From contig CAZKJO010000009.1 of the NCBI GenBank assembly GCA_964553105.1, positions 1-49,977 on the forward strand: 49,977 nucleotides of DNA. The letters are read 5' to 3'. How positions within the stretch are numbered: the first letter of the stretch is position 1; each line of letters begins with the position of its first letter. This DNA is from an uncultured Weeksellaceae bacterium. Its GTDB lineage: Bacteria; Bacteroidota; Bacteroidia; Flavobacteriales; Weeksellaceae. This document shows, in pieces, positions 9,501 through 18,931 of this stretch. Under the pieces are notes generated by a model. It was not told the DNA's origin, searched no databases, and worked only from the letters and a program-made list of their open reading frames with translations. A program made the translations under genes and the position numbers.

Positions 9501-11214
9501 TTGTTACTAAACCGTTGTCAGCTAAGAAACTTTGCCAAGTTTGATTATCGTCAAATTCTTCTCTATAATTAAAGTCCTTATCACATAAAACAAGTTCCAA
9601 ATTACTCGGAATACTTAAGAATTGAGGAACGTCATAAAATCGAATCGTGATAGGTCCAATTCTTGGCGTCCTACAGCCGTTCGCTCCTTGAACTAAAACA
9701 TCAACCCAAACTTGAGTTCCATCTGTAATATTTAACTGATTGATAGGAGTAGTAGATGTAGATGAGCTATAATAGTTGATATCTCCATTGGGTATATTTC
9801 CAAATAAATATTCATCTAGATCAGTTACAGCATGATTGTTTTCAACTCCCTCTAAATTATTACTATCTACATTGTCACATATATATAGTTCCAAGTTATT
9901 CGGATCGATTTGCAAGAATCCAAGTACAGAGGAAATCTCCAAGCTAGAAACATCATAACATGTACCGTCATATGCGACTTGTGCATAAATCGTTATCGAG
10001 TCACCTGTAAAACTAAAGTTGGTAGGATTTGGAATTGGATTAGTTAAACCCTCATCATAATAGTATGTTATTGTAAAGTTTCCTGCGGGATTTAATGAAA
10101 CGTAATTATTATAGTCATTTAAGTCTACCGTGTTACTACACATTATAACTTGATCGTCCAGAGCTATAGGATAGAATGGCGAAACCGGGATATCATCATG
10201 CAGAATTAAATCTACTATTTCTCCTTGTTGATTTCTGTAGTTAGGGTATCTTACTTCAACTGTATATTGCAAATTAGATAAATCTGCATTCACTGTAATT
10301 TGTTCACCTGTACCAATAATATTATTTCCTGGATCATTTGGCGTATAACCACCTTCAATCCATGCAATACTTGGCGTTCTTGCTCCATTGGGAGTAAACT
10401 CATAGGCCTCATTTTGAGCCTCCCAGTTTCCGTCAGAATAGTTTCTGCCAGCAGGAGAATAACCAAGTGTACCATATTTATCTTGTATTCCAACCACCGC
10501 ATTGGTAATAGCACCACATGCCATTACTTTATCTTTAATGAAAATTTGAATCTTGTTGGTTAACTCCTCTAAAACAACTTGAACAGATGTAGTACGGTTA
10601 TCTGTACAATAGAACACTTCAGCATCTACATAAGTAATAACCATTTTTCTTGCAGGAAACGTCCCAATCATATTGTAATATACAGAAGCTCCTGGTATTC
10701 CATCGATTCGTAAATCATAATGTGCTGCGAATATCGAATTTCTAGTTAGGTTGGAGTTTGGTAAGTCAGCTGATGGATATCTTAAATTAATGTCACCACC
10801 TTGCAACGGGTCCATTGAAATCACACCATTTTCACCGATAGCTAATTCAGAGGTTGTTTCGTCGAAAAAACTAAACTGAAAAAAGTTAATGGTAGGAGAG
10901 AATTTATCAATTCCATTAAAGTCTATCTCCGTTCCAAGATTCGCCACATCATTAAACGCAATTAATGGTGCATACGGAATCGTATTCATTTCATAGCTTT
11001 CTGTGGATCTTGTATCTGTATAATCAACCTCAAAAGTAAATTGATCATTAGGGTTGGCTACCTCACAATTAATCTCAGTTTCTGTAGAGCCAGCAATTCT
11101 TATTTCAGGGTTCATGGCTTCCTGCATAGGAGCAACGGCGGTAAATAAATTTATATTAAACCCTAAAATAACTAGAGATACGAATAAGGCGAATAAACTG
11201 AGACTTTTACGCAT
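6553..11214 (-). CDS. Paralogous large T9SS type-B surface protein
   Basis: Same architecture as its neighbour. C-terminus FNVITPNGDGYND...YDRYGK...NYWF...TGYITLKNY. Confidence 0.9.
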   Translation of the reverse strand: MRKSLSLFALFVSLVILGFNINLFTAVAPMQEAMNPEIRIAGSTETEINCEVANPNDQFTFEVDYTDTRSTESYEMNTIPYAPLIAFNDVANLGTEIDFNGIDKFSPTINFFQFSFFDETTSELAIGENGVISMDPLQGGDINLRYPSADLPNSNLTRNSIFAAHYDLRIDGIPGASVYYNMIGTFPARKMVITYVDAEVFYCTDNRTTSVQVVLEELTNKIQIFIKDKVMACGAITNAVVGIQDKYGTLGYSPAGRNYSDGNWEAQNEAYEFTPNGARTPSIAWIEGGYTPNDPGNNIIGTGEQITVNADLSNLQYTVEVRYPNYRNQQGEIVDLILHDDIPVSPFYPIALDDQVIMCSNTVDLNDYNNYVSLNPAGNFTITYYYDEGLTNPIPNPTNFSFTGDSITIYAQVAYDGTCYDVSSLEISSVLGFLQIDPNNLELYICDNVDSNNLEGVENNHAVTDLDEYLFGNIPNGDINYYSSSTSTTPINQLNITDGTQVWVDVLVQGANGCRTPRIGPITIRFYDVPQFLSIPSNLELVLCDKDFNYREEFDDNQTWQSFLADNGLVTNDPNHTITVYETEEDAIAGTNALTQVTMDQSDVTYNPRNNSREAQLFIRIEDENGCFSIKEITARIRFYGVKATDTPLFNFCVNEGTSIPVDLSCFLANADFNNDGNFGEGMFNQIYFEDGTTSNDINDVYDISYHNTEADAKAGINEISENQTITTADVGNKTFYVRFTLCESCTADGDDCYTVKKIRFRVVTTKPNTQVVDVCYENENSTFVPNLNIFNLQLFDNPNSYTIEYYETQNDANNQTNQITEYTFTGNNYLWVRIKSNLNFNGTSCFDNPVNPCEGVYRIQFVFGAQIEAIDFPEQQIHGVCDNNADGEELFDVTIFEEDIYQGEASFEYYNNLNETTLVLSSRINDPTQVLFAGTDGSATKTIYAKLNFDDSSCYQIVRLTITLNFIPPILTENAFLCACLPNPGQYATYDLTQAVESMFSADNAQNGNDFDEMQISYHNFYNDALDGTNEIFNIQNYSSIRGNEEIYVRFYSPESTCYSVDTLTLKNLVLPVPIPGEFDVCDTNINGKPDIIFSDLDNIVMPNNTEGYFFSYYWTYEDAENAVNPIISTEDAVDPIDFFYEFNTLPEKVYVRVDSDNGECPESALQSGNICSGINEVILNVGDDLNINIAEFDLPPVCDTFDETGEIDNPSYNDGIADGIDLTQSESEIIQATGANLGDLRLLYYESLNDLETDIYPYGNNVIEDPTNYTNMNSQGLPIEQVYVKIEYTNNDYCPIYVILNITVLNGPELFPDEIYYICPNSEVDIRLDIPTSEDVANYSFEWTLPDGTIITDQHELLDATQVGVYAVRITDNRTNCSSPIMNFTVQEIDPPHIINLVVENESSITVVATGFEDLALEYSLDGINFQNSNTFHNLEPGLYTVWVRYIYNNRMCVSESKSTILIEIFNVITPNGDGYNDCISFDNLHVFGSDNSTLIMYDRYGKVIFSEKSNSIIKWCGHYGGRVLPSTNYWFKLIIPDGREKTGYITLKNY

Positions 11215-11216
11215 TT

Positions 11217-12869
11217 TTAAACCTTTTTGTCTTTATTAAGTAACTTTGTTGCGAAAGCATAAGCTAGAATAATGCTTGACACAATTAATGCCATTCTTGC
11301 CAAAAAATCACCTGCAATACTGTAATTAGTAATTTCGGTGTTCATTTTTAGTGTTCCCGACAGAGCGCCTTGTTTCTCGTAAGCTAAGCTTTCTATAACA
11401 TCTCCACGTTGATTAATAAATGCAGAAATACCACTATTGGCTGATCGAGCAATGCTTCGTCTATTTTCAATCGCACGAAGTCTGGCATAATCCAAAAATT
11501 GTCGATGCCCATCGGTATTGCCCCACCACGAATCATTGGTTGAGATGCTAATTAAATTAGCTCCATTCTTAACAAATTCGCTGGTGAATTCGCCATAAAT
11601 GGATTCGTAACATATGGTTGGTGCAATCTCTGCTGTATTTTGTTGGTTCACAAAATTGGTTATGTTTTGTGACTTTGTGAGGGAGTAGGTGCTGCCTCCA
11701 AAATCAAGCATAAGACTGCCAAGTAAAGGTTTCAAAATTGAGGGATAGGGGAAGTATTCTACGCCAACTACCAATTTAGATTTATGATAGTATGGAATAG
11801 AATCGTTTTGGTTTTCTAATTGTATTGCAGAATTATAGCGATTCACCCAAACATCTTCTTTATAAGGAATAGACGTTAGATTAGGCGCTTGGGTTGCGTT
11901 GGTGAACTCTATCATGCTCGTGCCTCCAATAAAAACTACTTTCGGGTATTTAGAAATCCACTGATTAAGTTGAATAATATTAGGATCCAATTGAAGGTCG
12001 TTCATAACTACATCTTCTCTTCCGGGGAAAGATGTTTCGGGAGTAACAATCAAGTCTATATCTTGCGTCATTACTTTTTCTCCCTCTGTTATGATTTCTT
12101 GTAGAATTTCCGCACTAGATTTCTCATATTTTTCTCTATAAGGATCTAACTCAGGCTGAATTACCACAACATTAATTTCTTCTCCTTTTTCTTCGTAATT
12201 ATAATAGGTTAAATAAGAAATTCCAATCGGAAGTAGTACGACAACTACAAATGCAATAATCAATTTCTTCATTAATTTCTTGTTGCCATGCTCCAAATAA
12301 AGCATCACCGCTTTAAATAAAATTAGATTGGCAACCCAAATCCAAAGTGTACCTCCAAAGGTACCGGTTAAATCATACCACTGAATCCATTTGTAGTAAG
12401 AAGCAAATCCGTTGCCTAGGTTGAGCCAAGGCCAAGAGAAATCCCAATTTAAGTGGAGTTTTTCAAAAGCCATCCAAAAGGTGGGTAGAAAAGCGAAACC
12501 ATACCACTCACCGTGTTTTTGTCTTATAAAATGATAAGATATAAACACAATCGCCATGAAAAGTGAGTTAAGAATTACCGGGAAAAAATAGGCAATCATA
12601 GCTTGTTGATTTTCCATAGCGGTAGCATCTACCTGTGGTTTAGCAAAATATAACCATCTATAGGCTAAAGCGTTCCAGATGATAAAAGACAGCCAAGACA
12701 ATAAAAATATCTTTAGGCTCTTCCTTTTAAAAGGTGCATCCGAAAACTGTTTTTCTATTATTAATAATGGAATAAAAGCAATAAACAGTAAGCCTGGAAA
12801 ACCTAAAGTAGGCCAAGACAAAGCTAGAAATAAACCCGTTATTGTAGCTAATAGTACAGATTTCCACAT
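11217..12869 (-). CDS. lnt: Apolipoprotein N-acyltransferase
   Basis: Multi-pass membrane N-terminus. Nitrilase E-K-C triad in PETSF, YHKSKLV and ICYES, plus RAIENRRSIARSANSGIS. Confidence 0.95.
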   Translation of the reverse strand: MWKSVLLATITGLFLALSWPTLGFPGLLFIAFIPLLIIEKQFSDAPFKRKSLKIFLLSWLSFIIWNALAYRWLYFAKPQVDATAMENQQAMIAYFFPVILNSLFMAIVFISYHFIRQKHGEWYGFAFLPTFWMAFEKLHLNWDFSWPWLNLGNGFASYYKWIQWYDLTGTFGGTLWIWVANLILFKAVMLYLEHGNKKLMKKLIIAFVVVVLLPIGISYLTYYNYEEKGEEINVVVIQPELDPYREKYEKSSAEILQEIITEGEKVMTQDIDLIVTPETSFPGREDVVMNDLQLDPNIIQLNQWISKYPKVVFIGGTSMIEFTNATQAPNLTSIPYKEDVWVNRYNSAIQLENQNDSIPYYHKSKLVVGVEYFPYPSILKPLLGSLMLDFGGSTYSLTKSQNITNFVNQQNTAEIAPTICYESIYGEFTSEFVKNGANLISISTNDSWWGNTDGHRQFLDYARLRAIENRRSIARSANSGISAFINQRGDVIESLAYEKQGALSGTLKMNTEITNYSIAGDFLARMALIVSSIILAYAFATKLLNKDKKV

Positions 12870-12949
12870 GGGAGCAAAGATATAAGAATTATGAAAAATT
12901 CAAAGTTGAAACTATGACATTTAAACGTTAAAATTATTATTCTTTAAAT

Positions 12950-12989
12950 AAAAAACCACCATATAAAATGGTTAATTCTATATGGTGGT
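12950..12989 (-). terminator. Intrinsic terminator after secreted alpha-amylase
   Basis: ACCACCATATA/TATATGGTGGT inverted repeat with a U-tract on the minus strand. Confidence 0.7.
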
Positions 12990-13010
12990 GCTTTTGTTAT
13001 TAACTTTAAA

Positions 13011-15848
13011 TTATTTAATTAAAATCTTTTCGGATTTGCGATTTATTTGGTCGTCAAGCACCAAGATATAAACATTCTCTTTTGAAATACTCGAAATATC
13101 TAATTGACCATTTCCGGCGTCAACCTTTTTAGTCCAAATTAGTTTACCTTGTAAATCATATAAGCTAAACGTAGCCTTTTGGCTAATATTGTATTTTACT
13201 CTTATTAGACTATTTTCTACAGGATTATTTAAGACTTGAAAATCAAAATCTGAATTAAACTCAACTTCTTCCATTCCTAATGTTTCCGCTGGTTGGTTAC
13301 CAAAAATCTTAAACTCACCTGGTAATAAGGTTACTGTTTGGTTAGTGCTTGTTACACTAAAACCGGTATTGTCTAATAAATTATACCACATTCCTGTATT
13401 CTCGAAGTTTGGTGTCACCACAGAGGTTGTTGTTTTAAAATTAGCTAAAACAATAACTTTGTTTAAGCTAGAGTTCGGTATCGAATTATCCCAAATGTGA
13501 ATCTTTGGTAATAAATTTCCTGATTCAACCGTATAGGTATTGGTTTTAAAAACTTCGTTATTGTTTCTTAACGCAATAATTTGAGCCCACATATCATAAA
13601 CTGCCGTCCTATTAGCATCTGAGTCATAATTCAATGAAAATGCTACAGGTTTTGGTGATAATCGGCAATCATTGCTATAAGTACCGTCCTCACATCTATT
13701 GATTCCAAAATCATAGCCTAATTCACCAAATTGCCAAATCATTTTTGGTCCTGGAACTGTGAAAAACACAGCACCAAATGCTTTCTGCCTTTCTAATGCG
13801 GTAGTTAAATTTTGCACATTATAGCTCCCACTAGAAGCTCCGTATTCAAGGTTTTTGAACATTAATCTTTCTTCGTCATGGCTTTCTCCATAGCTAAGAG
13901 ATCTCTTTTCTGTAAAACCTTGATTTATGTGGTTAATTCGATTAAAGTTACTGTTGCTCGAGTGTCCCATGGTGTTCTGGTTAAAAGCATTGTTTAAGTT
14001 GTTCCAAGTCATAATACCTTTTCCTTCATCTACACGATAATTAGCCCATTCAGCTTCTTCTGCAGATGTACCTAAATGCTCGAATATCACATAAGAGGTT
14101 TCATCAACATCCCATTGATAATCTGCATACATTTTCAAAACATCAACGCGATCTTGCTGATATGAATTTGTACAAGCTTCATCATTTTCAGTACAATTTT
14201 GAGTGAACCCTTTGGTTAAATCCCATCTAAATCCATCAATCTTATATTCATTAATCCAATGCTGAATCACTCTTTGAACATAATATCTAGTATATTGCGA
14301 TTGATGGTTGAAGTCTTCAAAAACATTATAAGAATGTCTTGGACTGGTGTTGAAATAAGGATTATCTGCACGCACAGAACCATAACCATCTCCATTTTCA
14401 TCCACATTCCAAAGTCTAACCAATGGATTCCTGCCTGTGGCGTGATTTAAAGCAATATCTAATATAACGGCTATACCATTTTGGTGGGCAACATCTACAA
14501 ATTCTTTAAATTTATCTTGAGTTCCATAGGCTTTGTCTAAGGCATAATGAAAAGAAGGATTATATCCCCAAGATTGATTCCCATCGAATTCCATAATTGG
14601 CATTAATTCGATAGCATTTACATTTAAATTTTTTATGTAATCAATTCTATCAATTAAGGATTGAAAGTTTTTCTCTTCAGTAAAATCTCTAATCAAAACC
14701 TCATAAACAATTAAATCTTCCATGGCAGGTTTTTCAAAATCTTCAACTTGCCATGAATAAGAAGTTTGGTTGGTTTGAAAAACTGAAACCTCAAAATCTT
14801 GTCCGCTTGGGTAGGTTGGTATGTTAGGATAAGTTGAACTTTCTATCCATTGGTCATCATATGGAGATAAAACAATAGGAGAGTAAGGGTCGGCTACCTT
14901 AATATTATCATTGGTTCGATATTGGAAAGTATATATTTCACCTGCATTAAGTCCAGTCAATTCTATCCAAAATAACTCATCATTTTCGGTATCTTTATTC
15001 ATTACATAATCATCATGAATTTGATAATCATTAAAACTTCCAATAACATGAACATAATTTTTACCGGGCGCAATAAGTGCTAAACCAACTTTGGTTGGGT
15101 CACTAGGGTGATAGTTGATTCCTGGCTCTATCCAAGAAGGAATAGGAGAGATTTGATCAGTTGGAATAATACTTACACTGAAATTTACTTCTAAAACATT
15201 TTCAGCATTATCTGTTGCTTTCAACTTTACATTTCCACTTTCAGATGGTGAAAAAGAATAATTAAATTGGGTAGAAGTAGATGAGGTTTCATATACTATA
15301 TTATTATTTAAGGATAGCTCAAATGTAGCATCTACCGTGCTGCTTGCTTGAACATTGATCGATTCTCCAGCATTTATTTCAATATTTTCATTGGATTCCG
15401 GTTGAATTAAATTAAGTTGAAATAATCCCACTTCAACCTCCATGTCTTGAGATTTTTTATCTCCATTTCCGTTTTTTGCCTTTATAAGAAAACCAATTTT
15501 TCCGATTCCTATTCTGTTATAGAATTCTGTAGGAACGAAGGCTATGGTATAGGTATCATTGTCCGCATTATAAGTTAATCGATTGGCTTCATTAGAATTT
15601 GTCCAACTTCCATTAGTAGGGCAATCCATGGAGTTACTATCATTTAAATCAAACGACCAAGACCATAAATAGAGTGCATTATTTGTTATTCCCCAGGCTG
15701 ATTCATCAATGCTTGAACCATCAAAACTAAGAGTAATGGATTGAGTTTCTGCAAAATTTGTGGGAGAAACAGAAAATGAAACTTCTTGTTGCTGAGCTTG
15801 TAATCCTACAAATAGCAGGAATACAAAAAGTGTATAAATATTTTTCAT
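13011..15848 (-). CDS. Secreted GH13 alpha-amylase/pullulanase-like enzyme with T9SS type-A CTD
   Basis: Signal peptide. GH13 motifs WGYNP, ILDIALNH, DGFRWD and YGESHDE. CTD-like tail (LYDLQGK...ENVYIL...KILIK). Confidence 0.9.
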   Translation of the reverse strand: MKNIYTLFVFLLFVGLQAQQQEVSFSVSPTNFAETQSITLSFDGSSIDESAWGITNNALYLWSWSFDLNDSNSMDCPTNGSWTNSNEANRLTYNADNDTYTIAFVPTEFYNRIGIGKIGFLIKAKNGNGDKKSQDMEVEVGLFQLNLIQPESNENIEINAGESINVQASSTVDATFELSLNNNIVYETSSTSTQFNYSFSPSESGNVKLKATDNAENVLEVNFSVSIIPTDQISPIPSWIEPGINYHPSDPTKVGLALIAPGKNYVHVIGSFNDYQIHDDYVMNKDTENDELFWIELTGLNAGEIYTFQYRTNDNIKVADPYSPIVLSPYDDQWIESSTYPNIPTYPSGQDFEVSVFQTNQTSYSWQVEDFEKPAMEDLIVYEVLIRDFTEEKNFQSLIDRIDYIKNLNVNAIELMPIMEFDGNQSWGYNPSFHYALDKAYGTQDKFKEFVDVAHQNGIAVILDIALNHATGRNPLVRLWNVDENGDGYGSVRADNPYFNTSPRHSYNVFEDFNHQSQYTRYYVQRVIQHWINEYKIDGFRWDLTKGFTQNCTENDEACTNSYQQDRVDVLKMYADYQWDVDETSYVIFEHLGTSAEEAEWANYRVDEGKGIMTWNNLNNAFNQNTMGHSSNSNFNRINHINQGFTEKRSLSYGESHDEERLMFKNLEYGASSGSYNVQNLTTALERQKAFGAVFFTVPGPKMIWQFGELGYDFGINRCEDGTYSNDCRLSPKPVAFSLNYDSDANRTAVYDMWAQIIALRNNNEVFKTNTYTVESGNLLPKIHIWDNSIPNSSLNKVIVLANFKTTTSVVTPNFENTGMWYNLLDNTGFSVTSTNQTVTLLPGEFKIFGNQPAETLGMEEVEFNSDFDFQVLNNPVENSLIRVKYNISQKATFSLYDLQGKLIWTKKVDAGNGQLDISSISKENVYILVLDDQINRKSEKILIK

Positions 15849-15871
15849 CTATTAAATTATTGGATGTCAAA

Positions 15872-15879
15872 CAAATATA
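15872..15879 (-). promoter_or_regulatory. -7 promoter element of amylase gene
   Basis: TATATTTG on the minus strand, 23 nt upstream of the ATG. Confidence 0.7.
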
Positions 15880-15886
15880 CAAAAAT

Positions 15887-15906
15887 ATGTGTACGCAGTA
15901 CACTAT
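15887..15906. promoter_or_regulatory. Candidate NrtR-family operator
   Basis: Perfect palindrome GTGTAC-GCA-GTACAC (15889-15903) between the -7 element and the -33 region of the amylase promoter. Confidence 0.65.
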
Positions 15907-15916
15907 CACTAAAAAA

Positions 15917-16633
15917 CTATTTATCTTCGTTGCGCTCGAAAGAATAGAGTTGTGCTGGTTTATGATAAACGCCAGTTTGTTTTTCGTTCAATGGGATTAA
16001 ATCTTCAAGCTTCTTAATACTTTTTCTAAAGTTCCTTTTATCGAGTTTTTTATCTAAGATTAATTCATGAAGTTGTTGTAACTGACCTAAGGTGAATTTC
16101 TTAGGCAGCAATTCAAAGCTAATATGATTATTTTCTGTGTCTGCTCTCAAATGCTCTAAAGCATAATCTAAAATCTCATTGTGGTCGAAGGCTAATTCTG
16201 GAATATCATTCACATCAATCCATTCTGTATTTTTGGCAAATGATGAGGCTACTGGGTTTAGATCTTCCATCCTTACAAGCGAATAATAACCAATGGTTAC
16301 GATATGAGCATCTGGATCTTTTCTAACTTGTCTAAGCCATTGAGAATCTTTCTCTCCTTTGGTTCTATTTGGGTTTCCAAAGGCATGAAATTGCTTAAGG
16401 TATAAACCTTCAACTCCTGTTAACTCTTTTAGAACCCGATTGGCTGCCTCGTCTAAATCCTCTCCCATATAAACATGATCACCAGGAAGAGCAGACATAG
16501 GAACATGGGTTTCGCTTAATTTATCTTGTTCTATTAATAGTACTTTTAATTGGTTGTCGTCGAAGCCGAAAACAACACAATCAACCGAAATGTTCAAAAA
16601 GTTTCTCTCGTTCACAATTATAGGAAGTTGCAT
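15917..16633 (-). CDS. NrtR-family transcriptional regulator (Nudix + winged HTH)
   Basis: SVDCVVFGF, degenerate Nudix box (GEDLDEAANRVLKELTG), LAFDH, and wHTH LPKKFTLGQLQQLHE...LDKRNFRK...PAQLY. Confidence 0.9.
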   Translation of the reverse strand: MQLPIIVNERNFLNISVDCVVFGFDDNQLKVLLIEQDKLSETHVPMSALPGDHVYMGEDLDEAANRVLKELTGVEGLYLKQFHAFGNPNRTKGEKDSQWLRQVRKDPDAHIVTIGYYSLVRMEDLNPVASSFAKNTEWIDVNDIPELAFDHNEILDYALEHLRADTENNHISFELLPKKFTLGQLQQLHELILDKKLDKRNFRKSIKKLEDLIPLNEKQTGVYHKPAQLYSFERNEDK

Positions 16634-16713
16634 TTACACAAAGGTAAAATATTCCTTATTATATTCAACCTTTGCCACGAAAGATTATTATATTTGTGCT
16701 CTAAATCTGTTAA

Positions 16714-17700
16714 ATGGCAAAATCGGATATTAAAACCATTGGAGTTATAACTTCGGGTGGAGATGCACCAGGCATGAATGCTGCCTTAAGGGCAGTAGTT
16801 CGAGCATGTTCGTATTACAAACTAAAATGTAAAGGTATCAGATTAGGTTATGAAGGATTAATCACTAACAACATTGTTGAGTTAGGTCCTCGTAGCGTAA
16901 GTAATATCATAAACCGAGGAGGAACCATTCTAAAAACAGCTCGTTGTGCTGAGTTTAGAACTGAGGAAGGACGCAAAAAGGCTTATGAAAATATTAAAAA
17001 GAATGAAATTGATGCCTTAATTATCATTGGTGGAGATGGTTCTTTTACCGGTGCCCATAAATTTGAAAAAGAATTCGGGATTCCAACTTTGGGAGTTCCT
17101 GGTACTATCGATAATGATATTTTTGGAACAGATAATACCATTGGCTATGATACGGCCTTGAATACAGTGATTGATGCTATCGATAAAATTAGGGATACAG
17201 CTACTTCCCATAACCGAATGTTTTTTATAGAAGTAATGGGTAGAGATGCTGGTTTTATTGCGCTGAATAGTGGAATTGCATCGGGGGCTCAAGATATTTT
17301 GATTCCTGAGAAGAAAGACGAAATCGAAGAATTGTTTGAAGCGATTCAAAGAGGTGAAAAAGCAGGTAAATTATCAAACATTATAGTTGTGGCCGAGGGC
17401 GAGGAGCTAGGTGGTGTTTATGATTTAGCTAAATTTACCAAGATGAAATACCCTAAATACGATATTAGAGTTACCGTATTAGGCCATATTCAGCGAGGTG
17501 GCGAGCCAACCTGCGCAGACAGAGTACTAGCGAGTAGATTGGGCGTTGCTGCTGTAGAAGGGTTAATGGAAGGAAGAAGTTCTGTAATGGCAGGTATTAG
17601 AAGTAATAATGTTGTATTTACACCTTTCGATGAAGCCATTGTTAAACACAACGTAATCAATAATGAATTAATCAGAATTGCAGATATTCTGGCTAGATAA
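16714..17700 (+). CDS. pfkA: ATP-dependent 6-phosphofructokinase
   Basis: TSGGDAPGMN, GGDGS, GTIDND, EVMGR and LGHIQRGG motifs. Confidence 0.98.
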   Translation: MAKSDIKTIGVITSGGDAPGMNAALRAVVRACSYYKLKCKGIRLGYEGLITNNIVELGPRSVSNIINRGGTILKTARCAEFRTEEGRKKAYENIKKNEIDALIIIGGDGSFTGAHKFEKEFGIPTLGVPGTIDNDIFGTDNTIGYDTALNTVIDAIDKIRDTATSHNRMFFIEVMGRDAGFIALNSGIASGAQDILIPEKKDEIEELFEAIQRGEKAGKLSNIIVVAEGEELGGVYDLAKFTKMKYPKYDIRVTVLGHIQRGGEPTCADRVLASRLGVAAVEGLMEGRSSVMAGIRSNNVVFTPFDEAIVKHNVINNELIRIADILAR

Positions 17701-17729
17701 ATTTTTATAATACTAAAACTTAAATTATT

Positions 17730-18749
17730 ATGTCAAAAGTAAAAGTTGCTATTAACGGATTCGGTAGAATTGGTCGATTAGCCTTTAGATTAATGGAGGA
17801 TTCTTCTGAGTTCGATATTGTAGCTATCAATGATTTGACGGATGCCAAAACTTTAGGTCATTTGTTGAAATATGATTCAACTCAAGGAAAATTCAAAACA
17901 GACTCTTTAGAAGTTAAAGAAAATTCACTTGTTGTAGACGGTCGCGAAATCACGATTTATTCTGAAAGAAATCCAGAGGATCTTCCTTGGGGTGACTTAG
18001 GAGTAGATGTTGTTTTAGAATGTACTGGAGTATTCAGTTCTAAAGAAGGCGCAAGCAAGCATATTACTGCTGGAGCAAAGAAAGTTATTATTTCTGCACC
18101 GGGTAAAGGGGATATGAAAACAGTTGTATTTAATGTAAACCACGATATCTTAGACGGTTCTGAAACAGTTCTTTCAGGTGCATCTTGTACTACAAACTGT
18201 TTAGCACCAGTTGCTAAAGTATTAAACGATAAATTCGGTTTAATCTCAGGCTTAATGACAACCGTACATGGTTATACAAACGACCAAAACACGTTAGACG
18301 GTCCACACAAAGACTTGAGAAGAGCAAGAGCAGCAGCAGTCAATATTGTTCCTACAACTACAGGAGCTGCAGCAGCAGTAGGTTTAGTTTTACCAGAATT
18401 AAAAGGTAAATTAGACGGTATGGCATTGCGTGTTCCTGTTGCAACAGGATCTTTAATTGACTTAACAGTTTTATTAGAGAAAAACGTAACAGTAGATGAG
18501 GTAAACAATGCCATTAAAGAAGCTGCCGATGGAGCCTTAAAAGATACTTTGGGATATACTTATGACCCAATTGTTTCTACAGATATCATCGGAATCGAAA
18601 ATGGTTCTTACTTCGATATGCTTTCTACAACTGTTCAAGAAGTAGACGGCAAACAACAAGTTAAAGTTATTTCTTGGTACGATAACGAGATGTCTTATAC
18701 AGCTCAATTAGTGAGATTAACTAAATATTTTGCGAATTTGATGTCGTAA
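17730..18749 (+). CDS. gap: Type I glyceraldehyde-3-phosphate dehydrogenase
   Basis: [19 protein letters not shown] and WYDNE motifs. Confidence 0.98.
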   Translation: MSKVKVAINGFGRIGRLAFRLMEDSSEFDIVAINDLTDAKTLGHLLKYDSTQGKFKTDSLEVKENSLVVDGREITIYSERNPEDLPWGDLGVDVVLECTGVFSSKEGASKHITAGAKKVIISAPGKGDMKTVVFNVNHDILDGSETVLSGASCTTNCLAPVAKVLNDKFGLISGLMTTVHGYTNDQNTLDGPHKDLRRARAAAVNIVPTTTGAAAAVGLVLPELKGKLDGMALRVPVATGSLIDLTVLLEKNVTVDEVNNAIKEAADGALKDTLGYTYDPIVSTDIIGIENGSYFDMLSTTVQEVDGKQQVKVISWYDNEMSYTAQLVRLTKYFANLMS

Positions 18750-18775
18750 TCAAAAACAAAATAAATTTTTAAATC

Positions 18776-18809
18776 AATGGCGATAAATACATTTTTATCG
18801 CCATTTTTT
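18776..18809 (+). terminator. Intrinsic terminator of pfkA-gap
   Basis: 12-bp stem AATGGCGATAAA/TTTATCGCCATT followed by TTTT. Confidence 0.9.
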
Positions 18810-18884
18810 ATGACTTTTTAATCTTGAATCAATTTACATTTTATTGAATATTTTGATTCCGAGATTTTTCACACGATTCATTAT

Positions 18885-18913
18885 AAGTGTATAAATTACA
18901 TTTACTATCTTTA
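18885..18913 (+). promoter_or_regulatory. Candidate NrtR-family operator plus -7 element of ROK kinase promoter
   Basis: AAGTGTA-TAAAT-TACATTT (18885-18903) directly upstream of TATCTTTA (18906-18913). Confidence 0.6.
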
Positions 18914-18931
18914 TTGAAATTTTAGGTAAAA

